A stretch of DNA of 64,000 bases from Candidatus Campbellbacteria bacterium (GTDB lineage: Bacteria; Patescibacteriota; Minisyncoccia; Phycocordibacterales; CSBR16-193), in contig SKHG01000054.1 of assembly GCA_007117035.1 (NCBI GenBank), forward strand, positions 1,060 to 65,059, given 5' to 3'. Made by a program: the position numbers and the translations under genes. The notes under the pieces are model-generated. The model saw nothing but the letters and a program-made list of their open reading frames with translations. It had not been told where the DNA came from and did no database searches. Of the stretch, positions 19,441-29,254 are shown piece by piece; the stretch's first letter is position 1, and the number at the start of each line of letters is the position of its first letter.

Positions 19441-20742
19441 ATGAACAAAAAAAACAGCAAAAAGAATTTGGTCTTGTTTACCAGTATCTACCCCCAGTTT
19501 GGAAAATCAGTTAAGGTTTTAAAAAAAACTACAGAAGGTAAAAAATACAGGTACGGTGTTTTGTATAAAAATGATCCTAAGAGTGAAGTTCAGAGATCTA
19601 ATCTTGATCTGTACGATGTTACTATTAAGTGCAACCCAGATTCACCAAAATCAATCATCACAGCTCTAAAACCATACAGAGATGACATTGTTGCTATGTC
19701 TTGTCGAGGAGACATGAACATTCCTATATTTCAAAAGATAATTCCCTATCTGCCATACCTAAAGACCCCCACAACCGATTCATTAGACTGGTCAACCAAC
19801 AAACTGAAAATGCGACAGAGGTTTATGGCCTACGATTCAAGAATCACACCAAAGTATAAATTGGTTAAAGACGCTACTTTGAAAACCATTAAAGAACTTG
19901 AAAATCTGATTGGCTTCCCAATGGTTGTTAAACCAATTGGACTATCTACAAGCCTTTTGGTTAACATTTCATATCATCATGAGGAACTTGAGATGACATT
20001 AAAAAAAGTCCTTAGAAAAATTAAATCTTCACACAAAGAAAACAACGGTAGAGCAGAACCTAGAATTTTAGTTGAACAGTTCATTGATGGCGATATGTAC
20101 TCTGTTGATGCTCATGTAGGTTCCCGAGGTAAAATAGAATTCAATCCTTTTGTTCAAATAAAGACCGGAAGAAATGTTGGATTTGATGACTTTTTTGCCT
20201 ACCAAACCATAACTCCTAGTAATCTAAACAAAAACAGCATCGAAGATGCTCAGGAAGTCAGTCGTAAGGCAATTAGAGCTCTCGGACTTAGAAGTACGAC
20301 AGCACATGTTGAACTTTTAAAGACAGAAAAAGGCTGGAAAATAATCGAAGTTGGACCTCGAATGGGTGGTTTCAGAGATGAGATGTATAAACTTTCATAT
20401 GATACAAACCTTCTATTAAATGACATACTCACAAGAATACCAAATAAAAAAATAATTCTTCCTCAGAAGGTCCAAGGACATACTGCAGTTTTGAAGGTTT
20501 ATCCTAAAAAAGAAGGTTATATAACAAAACTAAAGGGTATAAAGAAATCACAACTTTTGCGTTCATTTCATTCCATAAACATAAAGAAAAAGATTGGCGA
20601 CCGAGCTACTCATGCTAAACATGGTGGTAAGGATATATTCAACATCACCTTTTTTAACAAAGAACGTTCTAAGCTTCTGGCTGACATCAGAAGATTTGAA
20701 CAGATGCTGGAAGTTGAAACACAGCAGGAACGCCTTAATTAA
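19441..20742 (+). CDS. ATP-grasp ligase (L-amino-acid ligase-like)
   Basis: NKLKMRQ, GFPMVVKP, ILVEQFIDG..YSVD, HVEL, IIEVGPRMGG. Confidence 0.85.
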   Translation: MNKKNSKKNLVLFTSIYPQFGKSVKVLKKTTEGKKYRYGVLYKNDPKSEVQRSNLDLYDVTIKCNPDSPKSIITALKPYRDDIVAMSCRGDMNIPIFQKIIPYLPYLKTPTTDSLDWSTNKLKMRQRFMAYDSRITPKYKLVKDATLKTIKELENLIGFPMVVKPIGLSTSLLVNISYHHEELEMTLKKVLRKIKSSHKENNGRAEPRILVEQFIDGDMYSVDAHVGSRGKIEFNPFVQIKTGRNVGFDDFFAYQTITPSNLNKNSIEDAQEVSRKAIRALGLRSTTAHVELLKTEKGWKIIEVGPRMGGFRDEMYKLSYDTNLLLNDILTRIPNKKIILPQKVQGHTAVLKVYPKKEGYITKLKGIKKSQLLRSFHSINIKKKIGDRATHAKHGGKDIFNITFFNKERSKLLADIRRFEQMLEVETQQERLN

Positions 20743-20798
20743 TTGAGAAAGATCAAAATTTGTGATAAAGTGTTATAAACAAATAAGAATAATAAGTC

Positions 20799-21320
20799 GT
20801 GTCATATAATCCAAGGATCAGAATAAACAATCAAATTCGGGCAAGAGACCTTCGAGTTGTAACATTCGAAGGAGAAAATCTCGGTGTTTTGTCTTTGGAA
20901 GAGGCTCTATCAAAAGCCAAAGAGTCTGAACTGGATCTAATCGAGATCTCACCTAACGCTAAACCTCCCGTAGCCAAAATAATGGATTACGGCAAGTTTC
21001 AGTACGATGAAAAGAAGAAAGCTCAGAAAGCTAAAGCCCAGTCACAGGTTACCGAAACTAAAAACATTCAAATTAAGCCTGGTACCGGTGAGCACGATCT
21101 GATGCTAAAAGCCAAAAAGATATCTTCTTGGTTTAAGGAAGGACATCGAGTTAAGGTTGAGCTTTTTCTAAGAGGTCGAGCTAAGTATATGGATAAAAAG
21201 TTTCTAGAGTCTAGACTCCAAAGAATTTTGGATTTGATTACCGAAGAATATCGTATAGCTGACGGACCTAAAAAGAGCCCTAAAGGTCTAATGGTTACTG
21301 TCGAGAGGGAGAAAAAGTAG
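20799..21320 (+). CDS. infC: Translation initiation factor IF-3 (GTG start in ORF track; true start uncertain)
   Basis: RINNQIRA, LDLIEISP.AKPPVAKIMDYGKFQY. Confidence 0.95.
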   Translation: MSYNPRIRINNQIRARDLRVVTFEGENLGVLSLEEALSKAKESELDLIEISPNAKPPVAKIMDYGKFQYDEKKKAQKAKAQSQVTETKNIQIKPGTGEHDLMLKAKKISSWFKEGHRVKVELFLRGRAKYMDKKFLESRLQRILDLITEEYRIADGPKKSPKGLMVTVEREKK

Positions 21321-21403
21321 GAAGTCTTTTAGGTTCAAGATTCTAGCCTTACAAACTGAATCAGACTTGCGTTCAGTGTTTATTTATGCAATACTAGCCT
21401 TTT

Positions 21404-21595
21404 ATGAAAACCAATAAATCATTTACAAAACGTTTTAAAGTAACAGGAAAAAAGAAGGTTCTAAAAAGACCTTCCGGACAAAACCACTTCAATTCCAAGA
21501 ATACTGGACGTGAAGGGCTAAAGAAAAAAGGTCACGTTAAAGACAACTTACTATCAAATAAAGTAAAATCACTATTTTTGCCAAAATCTAGATAA
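21404..21595 (+). CDS. rpmI: 50S ribosomal protein L35
   Basis: MKTNKSFTKRFKVTG; infC-rpmI-rplT order. Confidence 0.92.
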   Translation: MKTNKSFTKRFKVTGKKKVLKRPSGQNHFNSKNTGREGLKKKGHVKDNLLSNKVKSLFLPKSR

Positions 21596-21612
21596 AGATT
21601 TAATAAAACAAT

Positions 21613-21960
21613 ATGACACGAGTAAAAAAAGCAGTACACGCAATAAAACACAGAAGAAGCACCCTACAAAAAACCAAGGGTTATCGTTTTGGTCGTTCAA
21701 CCAAAGAGAAAGCTGCTAACGAAGCAATCGTACATGCTGGTAAACACGCATTTAACGATCGTCGAAAAAAGAAAGGAGTGTTCAGAGCTCTTTGGAACAT
21801 CAGAATTAACGCTGCATTGACCGGACACGAACTTTCCTACAGTAAGCTTATAAACGCTCTAAAAGTAAAGGAAATAGGCTTAAACAGAAAGGTTCTTTCA
21901 GAGATTGCTAATGAGAACCCTGAAACTTTCTCTAGAATCCTTGAAACGGTCCAGAAATAG
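21613..21960 (+). CDS. rplT: 50S ribosomal protein L20
   Basis: MTRVKK, FRALWNIRINAA, LNRKVLSEIA. Confidence 0.96.
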   Translation: MTRVKKAVHAIKHRRSTLQKTKGYRFGRSTKEKAANEAIVHAGKHAFNDRRKKKGVFRALWNIRINAALTGHELSYSKLINALKVKEIGLNRKVLSEIANENPETFSRILETVQK

Positions 21961-22004
21961 AAACACTGGTGAGAGTTTAGTTACAAACAATTAAACTTTA
22001 TAGG

Positions 22005-22040
22005 AAATAACCCTACCTTTTTAAAAAGGTAGGGTTATTT
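22005..22040. terminator. Perfect 36-bp palindrome, bidirectional terminator
   Basis: AAATAACCCTACCTTTTT/AAAAAGGTAGGGTTATTT between convergent genes. Confidence 0.8.
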
Positions 22041-22061
22041 AAAATCTCCTAAAAGAATAGT

Positions 22062-22466
22062 CTATTTCTGACTACAGTAGACTCTGTAGGCCCAGATTGA
22101 GGCCAACATACCACCAGAAACACCAACCAAAAGATCTGAAACAGTATCAAAAAAATAATCTTGGGAGTAGCTAGTGAATCCAATCTGAAATTCAAAAATC
22201 TCCCAAACAACAGCAATAATAAAAGTAAAGAAAATAGATGTTAACAAGAAGATAACAAAGTTTGTTTGCCGATTAAAGTTCAGTGGTATCGAAAACACAA
22301 AAAATATTAACCACAGAAAAACTAAACCGACCCAGAGACCACCAAGGAAATGAACTAGGATCTGAGACCACCAATAAAACCAGTACATATAAAAAATAAC
22401 TGCAAAGAAATGAGTTAGTAGAAAGACTAGACCCAGAAGAACTATTACAAAAAATAGATTGTTCAT
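22062..22466 (-). CDS. Small four-TM membrane protein (DUF2238/VanZ-like)
   Basis: HFLGG, VWEIFEF, DTVSDL motifs; start moved to ATG at 22466. Confidence 0.7.
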   Translation of the reverse strand: MNNLFFVIVLLGLVFLLTHFFAVIFYMYWFYWWSQILVHFLGGLWVGLVFLWLIFFVFSIPLNFNRQTNFVIFLLTSIFFTFIIAVVWEIFEFQIGFTSYSQDYFFDTVSDLLVGVSGGMLASIWAYRVYCSQK

Positions 22467-22575
22467 GATTTTAAGGACACAGTGCACTAGAAACTAGTAC
22501 ATAAAGTTTAAATATTTCTAAGCCAAAGCTCTCAAATACCCCCTCCTTCTGGAGCTTCCTAAAAAAAATCCAGAA

Positions 22576-22707
22576 GGAGGGGTTATTAAAATATCGCCAA
22601 TGTACACTATAGTACGTGGGTGCCCGCAACTAACATGGTCAAAGACCGTGTAGCGATATAAGGCTCCCTGGCAAAAAGTATCAAGGAATATTTTAAATAA
22701 CCCCACC
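22576..22707 (-). ncRNA. ssrS: Putative compact 6S RNA
   Basis: TGCTACAAT extended -10 just upstream; 5' GGTGGGGTTATT-TAAAATAT pairs with 3' ATATTTTAATAACCCCTCC; internal CTTGA..GGGAGCC and GGGCACCCAC motifs as in Firmicutes-type 6S. Confidence 0.65.
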
Positions 22708-22818
22708 AAGAACATTGTAGCATATTTTCAAAACACCGGAAATATAAAAAATATAGGCAAGATTGTATTGTTCTGAACACACTTTTTCTCGAAAAAAGAG
22801 GGCTGTGTATAATTGTGG

Positions 22819-22849
22819 AAAAACTGTGCACAATATGTGCACAGTTTTT
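22819..22849 (-). terminator. Inverted repeat after ndk, overlapping DnaA-box-like 9-mers
   Basis: AAAAACTGTGCACA-ATA-TGTGCACAGTTTTT; TGTGTATAA at 22804 and TGTGGAAAA at 22814. Confidence 0.6.
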
Positions 22850-22873
22850 TAGCCTAAGTTTTAAAATGCTATA

Positions 22874-23473
22874 TTACTCTAAAATACCATCCAGGTTAAC
22901 ATCATACATAATCTGCTCTTGAACCAAACGGTAGTTTGTTAACTCCCCTTCAGTAAACCAATGCTCGATTTCTTTTTCTGCTTCATCATCAGAACCAGAA
23001 GCATGGATAATGTTACGGATCGCTCTGTTATCAGTATCAGCCATACTGTATGAATCTAGAACAAAGTCTCCTCTAACAGTACCAACATCTGAAGATCGTG
23101 GCTCTGTTCCTCCTGTTATCTTTCGAATAACTTCAACCGCATGAGCTCCCTGCCAGACCATTACTATTACAGGACCACTTGTCATGTACCCTTGAAGGTT
23201 CTCCAAAACTTTTTCTCCAACTTCTTCTGGATTTTCAGAAGGTGGTTTCTCACCTTTCTTTTTATAACTCTCAATTGCTTTCTCTCCTACATTTCGAACC
23301 CATGAAGGATTTAATGTGTAGTGTCCTTTAACCTGTTTTTTCTCTGGTACCATCATCTTGATACCAATCAACTTTAATCCAACCCTTTCATATCTTTTTA
23401 TTATCTCTCCGATCAAGGATCTCTGAACCCCGTCCGGTTTAATAATAACCAAAGTTCTTTGTTTGCTTATCAT
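22874..23473 (-). CDS. ndk: Nucleoside diphosphate kinase
   Basis: RTLVIIKPDGVQR, SGPVIVMVW, GTVRGDF, NIIHAS. Confidence 0.96.
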   Translation of the reverse strand: MISKQRTLVIIKPDGVQRSLIGEIIKRYERVGLKLIGIKMMVPEKKQVKGHYTLNPSWVRNVGEKAIESYKKKGEKPPSENPEEVGEKVLENLQGYMTSGPVIVMVWQGAHAVEVIRKITGGTEPRSSDVGTVRGDFVLDSYSMADTDNRAIRNIIHASGSDDEAEKEIEHWFTEGELTNYRLVQEQIMYDVNLDGILE

Positions 23474-23617
23474 ACAAAATTATTCCTTTAATTAAATTAA
23501 TATCGTAACATTTTAACACGTAACCCAACTACTGTGAACTCTCAATTTCTAATTTTTTTTACAAAAAATACAATCATCCAAACAATGAATTTGAATCAAA
23601 TACAGAACACTCTATTT

Positions 23618-26383
23618 TTAGAGCTGATATCGACTATTAATCTCTTGCTCAACTTCTTCTCTAGGGCGACCATACTTTAGTGCTGAGAGTTTTTTGACTG
23701 CATCAATGTTTTCAATAACTGCCTCAGGTGGGGGTAGAGTAGCTACACTAAAAGGATCAGTTGGGTGACCATTTACTAACATTCGTAAATATGAATTTCG
23801 GTTTTGAACATTTAAGAGATCTTGCACAGAAAATGGTGGTGAGAACTGCTTTTCTAGATACTCAGCGTCGGTGGCACCAACTCGGAAGGCCGCCATGGAA
23901 CCAACGTTACCGATAACAGAATCACGAATATTATCTTCCAACTGGGCAATGTATTGGTGGGCCACAGTCAGGGAAAGTCGGTACTTTCGTGCTTCTGATA
24001 GAATAACCGAGATAGAATCGGTGGTTACGTTCTGGAACTCATCAATATGCAAGTAAAAGGTTGGTAGATTCCGACCATCAGTACCTCGCGATAAAGCTGA
24101 AAGAAGTATTTTACCAACAAGAATTAAACCTAGAAGATGTGAGTTTAGATCACCTAGACGACCTTTCGAAAGATTGATTAATAGAATCTTTTTATTATCC
24201 ATTATCTCTCGAAAGTTGAATGACGATTTATGCTGTAAGACGATTGGTCGAATAATATCGTTTGATAGAAAGACATCAAACTTACTTGTTATGTAGGGTA
24301 CGATGTTTGCCAATGATGCCTCCCCTCCAGCTTTCTGAGCTACTTTTTCCCAGTACTGCTTAACCACAACATTGTTACAGCGTGAAAGTTTATATTTCCT
24401 AAATTCCTCGTCAGCCAAAACTCTAGACACTTCCAGTAAGGTATTTCCAGATTCCGGGTCTTCCATAACCAACAAAGCTGAGTTACGAAAATACTGCTCA
24501 AACATCGGTCCACCTGTTGATTTCAAATCGAACAACTTATCAAAAATTGCAAAAAGTTCATTAACAACAAAAGTTTTTTGCTCTGGTGAGTTCTGATCGT
24601 ACTCGAGCATATTAAGCCCCATTGGCCGTTCTGTGTCCGCAGGATCAAAATAAATAACATCATCAATCCTCTCTTTTGGTACAGTAGCTAAAACATCATC
24701 TAGGTCGGAACCGTGTGGGTCAATCATACAGACACCGTCACCCCGTTGAATATCCTGAGTTATCATATTTTTCAGGAGAGTAGATTTTCCAGTACCAGTT
24801 TGTCCTATAACATAAAAGTGTCTCAGACGATCCTCCTCGGTTATCCGAATCTCCTTTTCTTCACCACGATGCCTGTTAACTCCAAGCAAAACACCGTCCT
24901 TAGACATATCTGTTGGTGCTGGCGCGGTTGTAGTGTAATTTTGTTTAAGCTGTGTGGCTGACTCAAGACCTTCTGTCTGGAAATGCATAAAAGTACTTAT
25001 TTCTTTTAGATTCAAAGCCAAAGCTCTGTCGTTACGAAATCTTCTAAACGAGAAATCCTTGGCTAATCTATTAAGTTTTGAACCTGTCATTCTGTTAAAA
25101 GAAAATCTATTTCCACCAGAACCCCTTTCAAACTGATTAAAACTAGACTCAATATTGTATAAAATATCTTCTGCCTCTTTTTTGGTTCTAGATGAAGCCA
25201 AAATTCGCATATTGCTCCAAACCAATGGTGAGCTTGTCTTTCTCTGAATGTTCTCTATCATTGCCTCGTCAATTTTATTTTCTGTCGGTGCTGCGTCTTT
25301 CTTTTTAGGTTTTAAAATATCTAGGAAAAGATACTTGAATTCTTTAGCGACCTCTCCAACAAAACTTTTAGGAATATCAAGTGCTTTGTGGGAGGACTCA
25401 CCATTCCGTATTTTATTCAAGGCTCTAGAATATTTATTCATTATATCCTCACCACCTTTGGGTTTAACCACAATCTGAATCGCCACACCTTCACCTTCAT
25501 GATCAACTTTAGAAAAACTATTCAGAACACTGTTTAATGGATCTAGATCAAATTCATCATATGTTCGGATTGGAAATATATGTCTCTTCTTTAATGAGGC
25601 GTAGGATCCTGCCACCACACCTTCTGGATTAAAAATATTATAATCATCTTTTTTCTCAACCAAGGTTGCGTCTGGGAAAACACCTAGAAGTTGTTTCTCA
25701 AAAAGCTCTCTACGGTCTCGAGGCACAGCAACATAAAAAACAAAGTTGCTTCCAATGTTTTCTAAAGCTAGCTCAATTGAAAACTGTGGCAGACCTGCTT
25801 CGGAGTTCTTAACCGAAAGCATTCCTGTATAAAACTGCTCCATCGATGAAATGATGGTTTTTAGGTCACGACCTCTGTCCTCATTTTTTACAGAACGTCT
25901 TGCTGTAACTTCAAAGAGTACCATATTCAGTTCTCGCCCAAACTCTGAACGACGGCCCACACCATCAGAATATCCTTTTTTAACATAAGCCACTAAGAAA
26001 CGATGAAAATCATCCTGAATATGAGGGCTTTTCATCTTATCAACGACTCGTAAAGCATTTTTTATACCCTTGTTCTTGACCAAAGATATTAACTCTTGCA
26101 TCTGGTCATCGTGTTCTTCTGGAGAAAGGTCTAAGACAATTTTATTTAGCTCTATTTCATCTAAAACAGTATCAGGGTGAATCACTTCAGAAAACTCTCT
26201 TTTTTTGTATTCTCCAACTTGTTCTAGGATGAGGTCTTCTTCTGAAACTGGACTTTCAATTCCAGACTTTTCGCTTAGTTCCCTTTTTCGATCCTCAACT
26301 TTTTGTTGTATAAAATCACGCTCCGCTTCTGGAGATCTTGAGAGAGGTATACTCTCGGGCGATCTGTTGCTGTTTTCAGACAT
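23618..26383 (-). CDS. VirD4/TraG/HerA-like P-loop ATPase
   Basis: RHFYVIGQTGTGKS, IDPHG, LHIDEFQN, SEARKYRLSLTVAHQY, GNVGS..AFRVG..DAE. Confidence 0.88.
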   Translation of the reverse strand: MSENSNRSPESIPLSRSPEAERDFIQQKVEDRKRELSEKSGIESPVSEEDLILEQVGEYKKREFSEVIHPDTVLDEIELNKIVLDLSPEEHDDQMQELISLVKNKGIKNALRVVDKMKSPHIQDDFHRFLVAYVKKGYSDGVGRRSEFGRELNMVLFEVTARRSVKNEDRGRDLKTIISSMEQFYTGMLSVKNSEAGLPQFSIELALENIGSNFVFYVAVPRDRRELFEKQLLGVFPDATLVEKKDDYNIFNPEGVVAGSYASLKKRHIFPIRTYDEFDLDPLNSVLNSFSKVDHEGEGVAIQIVVKPKGGEDIMNKYSRALNKIRNGESSHKALDIPKSFVGEVAKEFKYLFLDILKPKKKDAAPTENKIDEAMIENIQRKTSSPLVWSNMRILASSRTKKEAEDILYNIESSFNQFERGSGGNRFSFNRMTGSKLNRLAKDFSFRRFRNDRALALNLKEISTFMHFQTEGLESATQLKQNYTTTAPAPTDMSKDGVLLGVNRHRGEEKEIRITEEDRLRHFYVIGQTGTGKSTLLKNMITQDIQRGDGVCMIDPHGSDLDDVLATVPKERIDDVIYFDPADTERPMGLNMLEYDQNSPEQKTFVVNELFAIFDKLFDLKSTGGPMFEQYFRNSALLVMEDPESGNTLLEVSRVLADEEFRKYKLSRCNNVVVKQYWEKVAQKAGGEASLANIVPYITSKFDVFLSNDIIRPIVLQHKSSFNFREIMDNKKILLINLSKGRLGDLNSHLLGLILVGKILLSALSRGTDGRNLPTFYLHIDEFQNVTTDSISVILSEARKYRLSLTVAHQYIAQLEDNIRDSVIGNVGSMAAFRVGATDAEYLEKQFSPPFSVQDLLNVQNRNSYLRMLVNGHPTDPFSVATLPPPEAVIENIDAVKKLSALKYGRPREEVEQEINSRYQL

Positions 26384-26512
26384 AAATTAATTATTTATAT
26401 AATTTTAGCACAGATTGCTAAAATACACATAGCATAAAAAGAGACAACTGTTTTATAGCAACAGTGACTAATTTCAGAGTATCTTATTCAATTTTTATCA
26501 AAAAATTTAACC

Positions 26513-27292
26513 CTAGAAAGTTATTGAAAAAGGAGTAAGAACCTCAACACCCTTCTTTGTTACAACCACTGTCTGTTCAAAATGAGCGCTTAATGTATCA
26601 TCGAAGGTGGAGTAGGTAAAACCATCAGCCTCTAATGATATCTCCCCATTACCAAATGTTAACATCGGCTCAATCGCCAAAACCATTCCTTCCAAGAGCT
26701 TTTCACCAGAACCCTTCTTTCCTGTGTTTGGAATAAAAGGATCTTCGTGAACAGAGTAACCAACTCCATGACCAGCTAGATTTTTAACAACCTCGAGTGA
26801 GTTCTTTTTAGCCACCTCCATAACCGCAGAACCGATATCCCCAACCGAAGAAGAATGTTTGACGGACTTAACCGCATTTTTTAAAGCTTGTTGAGTGGCA
26901 CTTAATAATTTCTTTTTTTTCTCATCTATTTTACCAACTCCAACTGTAACTGCTGCGTCTGTTATGAGGTTTTTGTATGTAAATCCTAGATCAATCGAAA
27001 CCACATCACCTTCCTTCAAGATATAGACACTTTCAGAAGAAACTCCATGAACAATCTCATGATTAACCGAAACACAGACGGCAGACGGATAAGGTCTTGG
27101 AGCGCCTTCAGGAGTGTAGTTTAGAAAAGAAGGTAGTCCACCAAAATCCTCGATAAGCTGGCGACCTTTTTGATCAAGATCAGCAACTGCTGTTCCTGGT
27201 TTAGAAAGTTCAGCTAGCTTCAATAAAATTTCGACATGGCGTCTACCACCTTCTCTCATTATTGATATTTCTTCAGAAGTTTTTATACTCAT
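26513..27292 (-). CDS. map: Methionine aminopeptidase type I
   Basis: CVSVNHEIVHG, SIDLG, GHGVG..VHEDP, AIEPM, SAHFEQT. Confidence 0.95.
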   Translation of the reverse strand: MSIKTSEEISIMREGGRRHVEILLKLAELSKPGTAVADLDQKGRQLIEDFGGLPSFLNYTPEGAPRPYPSAVCVSVNHEIVHGVSSESVYILKEGDVVSIDLGFTYKNLITDAAVTVGVGKIDEKKKKLLSATQQALKNAVKSVKHSSSVGDIGSAVMEVAKKNSLEVVKNLAGHGVGYSVHEDPFIPNTGKKGSGEKLLEGMVLAIEPMLTFGNGEISLEADGFTYSTFDDTLSAHFEQTVVVTKKGVEVLTPFSITF

Positions 27293-27339
27293 AATAATAA
27301 ATTATTAAATACACAACATCACACCGTGGTATATATATT

Positions 27340-27942
27340 CTATAGTAAATTAGTTTGACTCAAAATATCTTTATGGACATCTTCAGCTGATTGTTCACCG
27401 TTAATTGACAAGAAAGTAAAGTAGGAATCTTCTTTAAAGTAATTTATAGCTGGGACCACTGTTTTCTCGTACCAATCTAGACGATTATCAATACTCTCAC
27501 TACTATCATCACTACGATTTCGCCCTAACAAACGTCTTTTGCACTCTTCTCTTGAAACATCTATGTACACAATGTAGACAGGGTTTCGTCCGTAATACTT
27601 AAATGTTTCAGCCAAAATAGGAGCTTCCTCGAGTCGACGAGACGCACCATCAAAAATCAAATGCTCATGACCTTTGAAGTTAGACAACAAATATTCGCCC
27701 CACATCCAGATTGGTAAAAAGGCAGGTAGTAGACCACCCTTCTTTATGGTCTCACGAATACAATCTCCGGTATGAGTATGGTTAGTTTTTATTAATTCTC
27801 GAAACAAAGAGCCTGTTTCAATATATATCACTTTTTCTTCACCTTTCTCTTTCAAAAAATCAACCATCTTAGTAGCTTGGGTTCCCTTTCCAGCACCTGA
27901 ACGACCAAAGAACACAAATGAATGTGGTTTTTTATCTAGCAT
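27340..27942 (-). CDS. adk: Adenylate kinase (short LID type)
   Basis: FFGRSGAGKGTQA, TGSLFR, RSDD; secY-adk-map order. Confidence 0.88.
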   Translation of the reverse strand: MLDKKPHSFVFFGRSGAGKGTQATKMVDFLKEKGEEKVIYIETGSLFRELIKTNHTHTGDCIRETIKKGGLLPAFLPIWMWGEYLLSNFKGHEHLIFDGASRRLEEAPILAETFKYYGRNPVYIVYIDVSREECKRRLLGRNRSDDSSESIDNRLDWYEKTVVPAINYFKEDSYFTFLSINGEQSAEDVHKDILSQTNLL

Positions 27943-27973
27943 TAAAATTTTAGGTTAAATCTTAACTAATAAA

Positions 27974-29248
27974 TTAGTACTCTCTCAAAGCAATTTGAGC
28001 ATCTATCTTTTTGATAAGGTCAGTTACCACAACTACAGTAATCAAAAGAGCAGTACCACCAATAGCCAAAGCACCAATACCAGTTATAGACTGCATGACC
28101 AAAGGTAAGACCGCTACAGTACCTAAAAATAACGCACCCACTAGAGTTAGACGAGTTAAGACATCACCAATGTAATTAGCTGTTGCCTCTCCTGGGCGAA
28201 CACCAGCAATGAAGGCTCCGCCTTTTTGTAGGTTGCTAGCCACACTTTTTGGATCAAAGGTAATAGCAATATAGAAATAAGTAAATCCAAAGACCAGTAA
28301 GAAATACAAGGTGGCGTAGATCCATTCAGTTGTAAGCTGTGTCAAAAGGAAGTTTGCTACCTGTACTACCGTTGGGTTATCAACCCTGGTCAAAAACTCC
28401 AAGATAGTCTGTGGGAAAAGTAAAATAGAAAGACCGAAGATTATAGGGATAACACCTCCTTGGTTTAAACGAAGTGGTAAATAAGTCAAAATTCCTCCAC
28501 CTGAAGACTGTCCACGAACTTGTTTAGCGTATGTAATTGGAATCTGTCGCTCAGCTTCAGTTATAACAACAACACCGAAGATGACAATAAGAGCAATAGC
28601 AGCAAAACCAACCAACATCGGAATATCAGCCGGATCAAAAGCAACTAATCTCTCCGCTACGAAACCAGGAAGTGAAGCCACAATACCAGCAAAGATCAAA
28701 AGGGACACACCATTACCAATTCCATACTGTGTGATAAGTTCACCAATCCACATCAACAGAACCGAAGCACCGATAATAACAATAATATTAGTCATAAACT
28801 GGAAAGGCTCAAGATCCAGTAGAACACCTTCACCTCTCAGAAGCATCAAAAAACCAAAAGACTGAATAGCTGCAATCGGCACTGTCAACATTCGGGAATA
28901 CTGCACAAACGTTCTTCGGCCAGCCTCACCCTCATCTTGGTACAAAGCTTTGAGTTTAGGAGAAACGACAGTCATCAACTGCATAATAATGCTTGAGGTA
29001 ATAAACGGCCCAAGACCAAGCATCACTATCGAAAAATTAGAAAGACCTCCACCAGCAAAAATATCAATAAAACCAAAGAACTCTTCTTGGGTAAAGAAAT
29101 CTGCCAACCTATCCGAATCAACACCTGGAACTGGAATCGATCGCAGGATTGTAAAAATCATTAAACCACCAAGGATGAAAAGGATTCTCCTTCTCAAATC
29201 CTCGTCGGAGGAAATGAACTTAAGTTTATGTAAAAATGTATCCCACAT
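27974..29248 (-). CDS. secY: Preprotein translocase SecY
   Basis: LGLGPFITSSIIMQL, GIGNGVSL, GVIPIIF, IAGVRPG, GGTALLI. Confidence 0.97.
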   Translation of the reverse strand: MWDTFLHKLKFISSDEDLRRRILFILGGLMIFTILRSIPVPGVDSDRLADFFTQEEFFGFIDIFAGGGLSNFSIVMLGLGPFITSSIIMQLMTVVSPKLKALYQDEGEAGRRTFVQYSRMLTVPIAAIQSFGFLMLLRGEGVLLDLEPFQFMTNIIVIIGASVLLMWIGELITQYGIGNGVSLLIFAGIVASLPGFVAERLVAFDPADIPMLVGFAAIALIVIFGVVVITEAERQIPITYAKQVRGQSSGGGILTYLPLRLNQGGVIPIIFGLSILLFPQTILEFLTRVDNPTVVQVANFLLTQLTTEWIYATLYFLLVFGFTYFYIAITFDPKSVASNLQKGGAFIAGVRPGEATANYIGDVLTRLTLVGALFLGTVAVLPLVMQSITGIGALAIGGTALLITVVVVTDLIKKIDAQIALREY

Positions 29249-29254
29249 ATTTTA

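Noticed and set aside
22518-22831. ORFs 22518-22715 and 22607-22831
   Set aside because: They overlap the promoter, 6S-like structure and hairpins and show no protein features; the RNA reading explains the region better
22500-22870. Replication origin
   Set aside because: Few DnaA-like boxes, no dnaA or dnaN nearby, and coding-strand bias does not switch here
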